Source: an uncultured Gemmatimonadales bacterium
Lineage (GTDB): Bacteria > Gemmatimonadota > Gemmatimonadetes > Gemmatimonadales > GWC2-71-9
Reading direction: 5' to 3'
NCBI GenBank assembly: GCA_963795085.1
Contig: CAWCFX010000001.1
Span: 768,001 to 832,000, forward strand
Length of the DNA: 64,000 bases
The position numbers were made by a program, and so were the translations under genes. The notes below the pieces were generated by a model that worked only from the letters and a program-made list of their open reading frames with translations, did not search any database and was not told the DNA's origin. Positions 19,083 through 26,893 of the stretch are shown here, piece by piece (position 1 is the stretch's first letter; the number at the start of each line of letters is the position of its first letter).

Positions 19083-20000
19083 ATGACGACGCCGATCTCC
19101 CTGTCCCTGGCCGACCGTGCCCGGGGCTGTCTCCTGGGCCTCGCGGCCGGCAATGTCCTGGGCCTGCCAGCCGAATTCCTGGGCACCGCGGATGCCATTG
19201 CCCGGCGGTTTCCCGGCGGGGTGACCGAGGTGCGCCGGGAGGATACGCCCGCCTCGCCTCACGACGATGACGTGGCCCTGGCATTGATCCAGGGGGAAGA
19301 ACTGCTCCAGCCCGAAATCGACGTGGAGCGCCTGGCCCGGCGCTGGGTGGAGTGGCGGCAGCGGGACGGCCGGGGCATCGGCACCTGGACCCGGACCGCC
19401 CTGGACCACATCGCCACCCAGCACTCGCCGCCGGCGCACACCGGCGGCGCCGCGGGTAACGGCTCGATCCCCCGCACCATTCCGGTCGCCCTGGCCACCG
19501 TGCATTCCCCCGCCAACCTGGTCAGCGGGTCCTACCACCTGGCCCACCTGCTGCATCCGGATCCCCGCTGCGCCTGGGGCGCGGTGGCGGTCAACGTCGC
19601 CGTCGCGTGGTTTCTGCATGGCGAACGCGACTTCCTTCCCGAGGTGCTGCAGGCGCTCACCGCCAATGGTGCCCCGGAAGAACTGATCGCAGCGGTGCGC
19701 CGGGTCCCGCTGGAGAAGCGAGAGGCCTTGCCCGTCGCCGGGCCGGAGGCGGGATACGTCGTGCATTGCGTGGAGATCGCGCTCTGGTTCGCCTACCACG
19801 AGCCGCAGCTGGAACGCGGTCTCGTCTGGCTGGCCAGTGCCGGGGGGGACACCGATACCAACGCGGCGGTGGCCGGCGCGCTCATGGGAGCCCGGGATGG
19901 TGAAGCCGCTATTCCCGGCCGTTGGCTGGAGCAGGTGGCCGAGGTGCCGCGCCTCCGGTCCCTCGCGAGCCGGCTGGTGGGAGAGATGGGGCAGGCGTAG
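19083..20000 (+). CDS. ADP-ribosylglycohydrolase (DraG/ARH) family protein
   Basis: RARGCLLGLAAGNVLG, HDDD, AGNGS, GGDTDTNAAVAGALMGA. Confidence 0.88.
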   Translation: MTTPISLSLADRARGCLLGLAAGNVLGLPAEFLGTADAIARRFPGGVTEVRREDTPASPHDDDVALALIQGEELLQPEIDVERLARRWVEWRQRDGRGIGTWTRTALDHIATQHSPPAHTGGAAGNGSIPRTIPVALATVHSPANLVSGSYHLAHLLHPDPRCAWGAVAVNVAVAWFLHGERDFLPEVLQALTANGAPEELIAAVRRVPLEKREALPVAGPEAGYVVHCVEIALWFAYHEPQLERGLVWLASAGGDTDTNAAVAGALMGARDGEAAIPGRWLEQVAEVPRLRSLASRLVGEMGQA

Positions 20001-20039
20001 CGGATCGGATAGCGAGCGGCTCAGCGCTGTGGCAATGAG

Positions 20040-21305
20040 CTATTGCGGCGCGGCGGTGAGGGGAGGCCCAGGGTCCGTGAGGAAGAACTCTGATTGGGGC
20101 TTTCGGTGGACAAAGGCACCGAGGTATGCGGCCCCCCACCTCCGGCGGAAGTCTTCCGCCTCGCGCTGGCCAACCAGGGCATACACGCTGCCACCGAAAC
20201 CGGCGCCGAAGGCGGAGGCTGCCACCGCGCCCTGTTCCCGTGCCAGCCGGGCCAGCGTGATCGTCTCGGGGACCTGGTTGCCCAGCATCCGTTCCGCCAG
20301 GAGCTGGGAAAGGTCCACGGTCTCTCCCAGCGCGGCCAGGTCACCCGACTCGAGCGCCGCCGCGGCGTCGGGCACCAGGACCGTGCTCTCCATGACCACC
20401 TGTTCCAGCCGGGCCAGCAGGTCAGCCTGTCCGAACTCTCCCTCTCCCACCAACTTGACCGCGGCCCGCCATCGGGCATGCGCATCCGGCTCGCCGTCCA
20501 CGGCGGCGAGGATGCTGGTGTCGGCCCGGCCGGTGGCCGCGTTCCAGATGGAGAAGAGCCGCGCCGTGAGACGGGGAATCCGGTTGTAGGCGGCTAACGC
20601 CGGGCCGGTCTTTTCCGCCGCCACCCCGCTCACCGCGATGACAAAGGTGAGATCGGGAGGAACCGGAAGGATCGCTTCCTGCCGGAGCGGACCGAACCGG
20701 CACTGCAACAGCGCGCCCGGCTGGCTCAGCAGGATGGCCGCATGGTCCTGGCACCCGCCGGCCGTCCCCACCCCCTGGTCGCCATCCAGGGAGCGATGCG
20801 CCGCTCCATTTTCCATCGCCCCCAGATACTCGGCCCGTTCCTCCGTTCCCGGAACATCGCGGCGAAACGAAGGGTGATCGCCCACCCGGTTTGCAGCGGC
20901 GAGCGCGTGGAAGAACCCGGTGACGAGGGCGCTGGAGGAACTGAGCCCGGCGGCGGAAGGCAGGTTGCTGGCGAAATGGATGTCGGCCCCGCGCGAAGAC
21001 CCGAAGTTTCGGGCCAGCCGGCGGGCGACGGCCATGGCGTAGCCGGCCCATCCCGAAACAATTTCCAGGTCCGGCCCGATCTCGAATCTGGTCTCCAGGT
21101 CCAGCCCGACGTCGTGGATGATGACCTGGCGGTCCGCCCGGGGCCGGGCCGCAACGGCGATGCCCCGGTCGATCGCGGCGACCAGGCTGCGACCGCCGGC
21201 GTAATCGGTGTGTTTGCCGAGGAACTCGAGCCGCCCCGGAACGAAGAACGAGAAGGTGTCTCTGCCGGTGGGGAGCCGGTCGAACAGATCCGCTGGAACG
21301 CTCAC
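20040..21305 (-). CDS. Galactokinase-like GHMP sugar kinase
   Basis: PGRLEFLGKHTDYAGG, LPSAAGLSSSSA, GAGFGGS. Confidence 0.85.
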   Translation of the reverse strand: MSVPADLFDRLPTGRDTFSFFVPGRLEFLGKHTDYAGGRSLVAAIDRGIAVAARPRADRQVIIHDVGLDLETRFEIGPDLEIVSGWAGYAMAVARRLARNFGSSRGADIHFASNLPSAAGLSSSSALVTGFFHALAAANRVGDHPSFRRDVPGTEERAEYLGAMENGAAHRSLDGDQGVGTAGGCQDHAAILLSQPGALLQCRFGPLRQEAILPVPPDLTFVIAVSGVAAEKTGPALAAYNRIPRLTARLFSIWNAATGRADTSILAAVDGEPDAHARWRAAVKLVGEGEFGQADLLARLEQVVMESTVLVPDAAAALESGDLAALGETVDLSQLLAERMLGNQVPETITLARLAREQGAVAASAFGAGFGGSVYALVGQREAEDFRRRWGAAYLGAFVHRKPQSEFFLTDPGPPLTAAPQ

Positions 21306-22105
21306 AATCGGACGGATTGATGCAGGAAATGACGCTGGACCCGGTCGATATCCCCCCGGGTCGAGATATCGAACACACCCTCCCCGGACCCGATCACCCG
21401 GTAGCGCTCGCCCAGGACGTCGATGGAGTACTGCACGGCATCGGGAAGTTCCAGTTCTCCCCGGGGCGAGGGGCCGATGGCGCGGCAGGCCTCGAAGATC
21501 CGGGGAGAGAACCGCCAGCAGTTCATGCTGGTCATGGCCTCATCGTTCCCGGTGCCGGAGGTCCCCAGGCGCTGGAGGTGCCCATCCTCTCCGGGAACCA
21601 CTACGGGGAAAGACTCGGCGCGCTCCCGGGGGACGCCGGTCCGTTCCATCAGGCCCGCCCGGGTAAAGGCGACGAGCCCCGGCCCATCGAGCTGGCGCAG
21701 GGCCGCGAGTGCGGCGCAGGGATAGTAGTTGTCGGAGTTGAGGACCAGGAACGGGTCGGCACCAGAGAAGCTTCGGGCGGCCAGCACGGCGTCTGCCGTT
21801 CCCAGGGGGGCGGCCTGGATGGCATGCTGAATGGTGATCCGGGTGAGCCCCAGCCCATCGTAGTAGTCGCGAACGGCACCGTGTTCCGGGCCGGTGACGA
21901 GACAGATCTCGACGGCGCCCGCATCGGCCAGGGCGGCCAGGGTGTAGTCCAGGAACGGCCGCCCGACCGGGATCATGGCTTTGACGCCGGTCGCCGCGAC
22001 CCGCGCCTGCTCGTCGGAAAGCGGGGCGGCGTCATCGGGCCGGCGCATCCGGGTGCCCAGGCCCCGGGCCATGATGACGGCCTTGGAGACGGCGCAAGGC
22101 GGCAA
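21302..22105 (-). CDS. Sugar-1-phosphate nucleotidyltransferase family protein
   Basis: KAVIMARGLGTRM, KAMIPVG, PLGTADAV, NSDN, SPRGELELPDA; start uncertain (TTG 22105 or 22129, both inside a repeat). Confidence 0.85.
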   Translation of the reverse strand: MPPCAVSKAVIMARGLGTRMRRPDDAAPLSDEQARVAATGVKAMIPVGRPFLDYTLAALADAGAVEICLVTGPEHGAVRDYYDGLGLTRITIQHAIQAAPLGTADAVLAARSFSGADPFLVLNSDNYYPCAALAALRQLDGPGLVAFTRAGLMERTGVPRERAESFPVVVPGEDGHLQRLGTSGTGNDEAMTSMNCWRFSPRIFEACRAIGPSPRGELELPDAVQYSIDVLGERYRVIGSGEGVFDISTRGDIDRVQRHFLHQSVRL

Positions 22106-22131
22106 GGGGGCAAGGGGGCCGGGGGGCAAGG
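22094..22131. repeat. 8-mer array (GCAAGGGG)
   Basis: GCAAGGCG GCAAGGGG GCAAGGGG GCCGGGGG GCAAGG. Confidence 0.75.
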
Positions 22132-23901
22132 TCAGTCGGCCGCCGCGCTCCACATCTTCGGCAGCAGGCGGACCAGTCCGGCCAGGCTGACGGCGAACAC
22201 GGCCAGCCACATGAAGCCCTGGGGGTGGTTGCCGTACAGGAAACTCCCGGTACCGAAGAGCGCCGAGTAGATGAAGGCCACGCCGAGCACCCAGCCGAGC
22301 AGACTGTTGCTGAAGCTGTCGGGGGACGGTCCCACGCCGGCTTCCTCGCGGATGCCGTTCCACCCGGGGCCGGCGGGGCGGACCAGTCGGTAGAAACTGA
22401 CCAGGGTGGCGCGGGCGGTCGGCTGGGAAAGAAAGGTCACGGTGATCCAGACGACCGAGGTCGAGGCGACCGTGATGATGAGCGAGATGTGTTCCGGGAT
22501 CCCGTGCCCGGTCTTGGAGGCGATGAAGAATCCGACCGCGACAATGAACGAGCTGGCCATGGCGGCGACTTCGCTCCAGGCGTTGATCCGCCACCAGAAC
22601 CAGCGGAGCAGGTAGAGCAGGCCGGTGCCGGCGCCGATCGAAAGCAGGAGGTTGAAGCTTTCCTTCGCCGAGTCGAAGACATAGGTCGTGAGCGCGGCGA
22701 CCACCATGAGTCCGACGGTGACCAGCCGGCCGACCATGACGTAGTGGCGCTCGGTCGCCGTGGGCACCATGAACCGGCGGTAGAGGTCGTGGACCAGGTA
22801 CGAGGTGCCCCAGTTGAGATGGGTGGACATGGTGGAGACGTAGGCCGACAGGAGGCCGGCGACCATGAGGCCCATCAGGCCGGCCGGCAGGAACCGGAGC
22901 ATGGCGGGATAGGCCATGTCGTGTCCCACCAGCCGGGGATCCACGTGGGGAAAGGTCCGCGAGATGTCCGATAGCTCGGGATAGACCAGGAGCGAGGCCA
23001 GGCCGACGATCACCCAGGGCCAGGGGCGGAGGGCATAGTGGGCCACGTTGAAGAGGAGGGTCCCGGCAAAGGCATCCTTCTCGCTTTTCGCGGCCAGCAT
23101 GCGCTGGGCGATATAGCTGCCGCCGCCGGGTTCGGCGCCGGGGTACCAGACTGACCACCACTGGATGGTGATGGGAATGATGAGCACCATCAGCGCCACG
23201 TCCCAGTTGCCGAAATCGGGCAGCAGGCCGAGGGTGCCCGGATCGGTCCGGGCGATCAGGCCGCTCAGGCCGCCCACCTCCGGCTGCTGCAGCGCGAAGT
23301 ATGCGGCGGCGAAGGACCCGGCCATGGCCACCCCGAACTGGATCATGTCGGTGACCATCACGCCCCAGAGGCCCGAGGTCGCCGCGAAGAAGATGTTGAG
23401 CACGGCGCAAATGAGCAGCGTCTTGCCCATGGGCCAGCCCAGCATCACGTTGGCGATCTTGACGGCGGCCAGGTTCACCGTCGCCATGATGAAACAGTTG
23501 AAAAAGAGGCCGAGGTACACCGACCGGAATCCGCGGACGAAGCTGGCCGCCTTGCCCGAGTAGCGGATTTCGTAGAACTCGAGATCGGTGAGCACCCGGG
23601 AGCGCCGCCACATCTTGGCGTAGAAGAAAACCGTGGCCATCCCGGTCAGCAGAAAGGCCCACCAGACCCAGTTGCTGGAGACGCCGCCGGTGCGGACCAG
23701 GTTGGTGACCAGGTTCGGAGTATCGGTGCTGAACGTGGTGGCCACCAGTGAAATGCCGATGAGCCACCAGGGGGCGGACCGGCCCGAGGTGAAGAACTCC
23801 GCCGTGCTGGCCCCCGCCCGGCGGGCCAGCAGGATCGCGGGGATGAAGGAGATGACGACCGATGCGATGACGATGGCCCAGTCCAGCGTGGTGAGATGCA
23901 T
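22132..23901 (-). CDS. Sodium:solute symporter (SSS) family
   Basis: EFFTSGRSAPWW, ATTFSTDTP, GVMVTDMIQF, YIAQRMLAAK, AYVSTMSTHLNWG. Confidence 0.92.
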   Translation of the reverse strand: MHLTTLDWAIVIASVVISFIPAILLARRAGASTAEFFTSGRSAPWWLIGISLVATTFSTDTPNLVTNLVRTGGVSSNWVWWAFLLTGMATVFFYAKMWRRSRVLTDLEFYEIRYSGKAASFVRGFRSVYLGLFFNCFIMATVNLAAVKIANVMLGWPMGKTLLICAVLNIFFAATSGLWGVMVTDMIQFGVAMAGSFAAAYFALQQPEVGGLSGLIARTDPGTLGLLPDFGNWDVALMVLIIPITIQWWSVWYPGAEPGGGSYIAQRMLAAKSEKDAFAGTLLFNVAHYALRPWPWVIVGLASLLVYPELSDISRTFPHVDPRLVGHDMAYPAMLRFLPAGLMGLMVAGLLSAYVSTMSTHLNWGTSYLVHDLYRRFMVPTATERHYVMVGRLVTVGLMVVAALTTYVFDSAKESFNLLLSIGAGTGLLYLLRWFWWRINAWSEVAAMASSFIVAVGFFIASKTGHGIPEHISLIITVASTSVVWITVTFLSQPTARATLVSFYRLVRPAGPGWNGIREEAGVGPSPDSFSNSLLGWVLGVAFIYSALFGTGSFLYGNHPQGFMWLAVFAVSLAGLVRLLPKMWSAAAD

Positions 23902-23932
23902 GGAAGTCCGGGTAAGGGTGAGGTGCGCCCCG

Positions 23933-26893
23933 CTATGGCTGCTGCTCTCCAACCAGCCGGGCCAGTTCCTCCCGCACCCGGCGCACCTGGAGCTGGAGGC
24001 GCGGCTCCGGGTTCGCGCGCAGCCGGAGATAATGCTGGTACGCGCGGATAGCGCCGGCCCGGTCGCCGATGAGCGAGGCCAGGCGGCCCTCCTCGCGCAG
24101 CAGCGTGGCCAGCAGCCAGGTATTGTTCCAGTGATAGGGCCGGCTCCGGATCGTGCGCAGCGCGCCGGGCACGTCTCCGGACTGTTCCCTGAGCCGGGCC
24201 AGCATGAGCTGAAGCAGGGGATCGCCGCTGCCCGCGCCGGCCTGCCGGGCTTCCAGCCGCTGGAGGTAGCCGGCGGCGTCCGCCTTTCCCTCGCGAACCG
24301 CCAGGGCGGCGCGGATCGTGGTGGCGCAGGCCTTGAACCCCTCCTCCCAGTCGGCTTGATCCGGGGGCACAATGGGCCGCTCCAGTCGCGCCGCCATGCC
24401 TTCGACGCCCGTGGTGTCTCCGCGGGAGAGCCGCCAGGCCGCGACCGCGCAGGTCAGTGAATACTGGCCCAGCCTGGCCTCGGTGGAGGCGGGCGTCGGC
24501 CCCAGCACGACCTGGGTGGCCGCGACCACGCTGGCCTGGGCCGCCAGGGTGTCGCCATCGCCGAAGATGGCGTCAAAGATGGGACCCAGGTGGCCCATGA
24601 AGGGGTCATGCTGGCGCAGCAGGTCGTAGTACGGAAGGACGGCGGTGGGCCGGCCCAGGTTGAGGAGCAGGTCGTTCTGCCGGTAGGCGGCTTCCATTCG
24701 CTGGTCCCGGGTCGCCGCCGCCGCCTCCACCGCCGCGGTGGCGGCCTCGGCGTCCGCCAGTTGAATGCCGTCAATGATCGCTGTCCCCGCGATGCGCACC
24801 AGACTGTGGTCGTTCATGTCGGGAAACCGAGCCCGGACGCGCCCCAGCGCCGCGGAGTCGTGAAGGGCGGCCGCGACCCGCCAGCGCATGAAATCGGCGA
24901 GGTCGCCGGTCGAATCAATCTGGAAATAGCGTCCCGCCAGCCGGCGGACCTGGGCGGTGTCCCCCGCCACGGCGTGTATCTCGATGAGGTGCTCGATCGG
25001 GGCGGCGAAGGTGGAGTCCAGCGCCGCCGCTTTCCGGAACGCCGACTCGGCCCGTCCCATCTGGTCCTCGGGGCCGAGGCCGAGTTCCCCGCCGGCATGG
25101 AAGTAAGAATCGCCCAGGTCATACCAGCCTTCGGCCGACTCCGGCGCCAGCGTCACCAGCCGCTGGGCCGCCTCGGTCCAGGCGCTCTGGGGGAGACGCT
25201 CGGGATAGCCGGCCATGGCTTGCTTCATGTCCAAAAAGGCGGCGTCCCGGGTCGAAAGCCGAAAGCGTAGCCGCTCTCCAAGGGCCAGCGCGCTGTCGCG
25301 CAGGTCCGTCTCGCCGAGCCAGTTCGCCGAACTGGCCAGCCCGATCGCGGCCAGCGCGAATCCACTATCCTGCTCCACCGCGCGCCGGAAATCCTGGAGG
25401 GCCCGGTTGTACGCTCCGTGCCGGTAGGCGGCCTGCCCGGCCAGGTAGGAGCGCAGCGCGGGGAGCGAGGTACTGGTCAGCTTCTCGAGCTGGTGCCCGG
25501 AGACTCCCGCGCTGCCCGCGAGCAGTTGCGCGGCGAGCCGGTCCACCAGGGGCACCAGGCTGTCGGGGGCGCCGGTGATCTCGCCGCGGCTTTCTTCCCG
25601 GCCGCTCCGCACGTCCACGATGGAACCGCTGAGCGTCAGCCGGTTCGGCGTACCCACGATGCTGCCGGTCAGCAGCTTCCCGGCCCCGAGTCCACGGGCC
25701 ACCTCGATGGCCTGTTCCCGGGGCAGGTTCCCCCCGCCGGCCCGCTTCCAGGCGCTCACCGAGGACTGCGGGTCGGTCGCCCGGGGCCCGCCTTCCCCCG
25801 TCAGTTTCGCCGCGAGGAGGTCCACCATGCCCTCGCCGTAGCTCGCATCGGCCCCGCTGACCCGGAACGGGAACACGGCGACCACGCCGCTATCCAGGGT
25901 GGAGGCCGCACCGCGGCCGCGCCACCAGAGCCATCCCGCAATGCCGAGCACCACCAGCACCACCGCGCCGACCGCCAGGGCGCGGGAGCGCAGGGGCCGG
26001 CCCGGCGGGGGCAGGGCGGCCGTCCCGGCTGATGGTGTCGCGCTTCGGTCGAGCTCCTGGCGCAGCTCGGCTGCGCTTTGCCACCGGTCGGCCGGCGATT
26101 TCGCCAGGCAGCGCATCACCAGCGCGGCCAGGATGGGCGGCACCGAGGCGCGGCGCTGGGACACCGGTTCCGGGGTCCTGGTCACCTGCGCGGCGAGCAC
26201 CTGCTGGGCCGTGGTGCCGATGAAGACCGGCCCGCCGGTCAGCATTTCATACGCCATGGCTCCCACGGCATAGATGTCGGCCCGGTGGTCCACGTGGGGA
26301 TCGGCGGCCGCCTGTTCCGGCGCCATGTAGGCCGGCGTACCCAGCGCGAGCCCGGCCGAGGTCAGCGCCGAGGAGCCGGCCGATTCGCTGAGCGCCTTGG
26401 CGACCCCGAAATCGGTGACCATGGCATGCTGGCCCGACACCAGGACATTGTCGGGCTTGATGTCGCGGTGCACGACACCGTGCGTATGGGCGTATTCGAG
26501 AGCGTCGAGCACGTCGTGGAGAATCTGAAGCACGACAGGCACCGGCAGCTCGCCCTCCCGCTCAAGGCGGGCCCGCAGCGATTCCCCCTCCACGTACGGC
26601 ATCGTGTAGTAGAGCAGGGGAGCATCGCCGGTCCCCGCCTGGCCGGCGGCAAGCAGCGGCACGATGTGGGGGTGCTGCAGGGGGGCGGCGACCTTGATCT
26701 CCCGGCGGAAGCGGTCCACGCTGAACCCGGCGCCCAGGTCGGGGGGCAGCACCTTGATGACCACCTTGCGGCCCAGCGCCAGCTCCTCGGCGAGGAAAAC
26801 GCGACTCATGCCGCCGCCGCCCAGTTCCCGCTCGATGGCGTAAGCCGCGCCGAGGGCGGCGGTGAGGCGGGCCTCCAGGTCGTCCGGTCTCAC
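23933..26893 (-). CDS. Ser/Thr protein kinase with TM segment and TPR-like region
   Basis: GGGGMS, VVIK, HRDIKPDN, DFG, YMAPE. Confidence 0.92.
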   Translation of the reverse strand: MRPDDLEARLTAALGAAYAIERELGGGGMSRVFLAEELALGRKVVIKVLPPDLGAGFSVDRFRREIKVAAPLQHPHIVPLLAAGQAGTGDAPLLYYTMPYVEGESLRARLEREGELPVPVVLQILHDVLDALEYAHTHGVVHRDIKPDNVLVSGQHAMVTDFGVAKALSESAGSSALTSAGLALGTPAYMAPEQAAADPHVDHRADIYAVGAMAYEMLTGGPVFIGTTAQQVLAAQVTRTPEPVSQRRASVPPILAALVMRCLAKSPADRWQSAAELRQELDRSATPSAGTAALPPPGRPLRSRALAVGAVVLVVLGIAGWLWWRGRGAASTLDSGVVAVFPFRVSGADASYGEGMVDLLAAKLTGEGGPRATDPQSSVSAWKRAGGGNLPREQAIEVARGLGAGKLLTGSIVGTPNRLTLSGSIVDVRSGREESRGEITGAPDSLVPLVDRLAAQLLAGSAGVSGHQLEKLTSTSLPALRSYLAGQAAYRHGAYNRALQDFRRAVEQDSGFALAAIGLASSANWLGETDLRDSALALGERLRFRLSTRDAAFLDMKQAMAGYPERLPQSAWTEAAQRLVTLAPESAEGWYDLGDSYFHAGGELGLGPEDQMGRAESAFRKAAALDSTFAAPIEHLIEIHAVAGDTAQVRRLAGRYFQIDSTGDLADFMRWRVAAALHDSAALGRVRARFPDMNDHSLVRIAGTAIIDGIQLADAEAATAAVEAAAATRDQRMEAAYRQNDLLLNLGRPTAVLPYYDLLRQHDPFMGHLGPIFDAIFGDGDTLAAQASVVAATQVVLGPTPASTEARLGQYSLTCAVAAWRLSRGDTTGVEGMAARLERPIVPPDQADWEEGFKACATTIRAALAVREGKADAAGYLQRLEARQAGAGSGDPLLQLMLARLREQSGDVPGALRTIRSRPYHWNNTWLLATLLREEGRLASLIGDRAGAIRAYQHYLRLRANPEPRLQLQVRRVREELARLVGEQQP

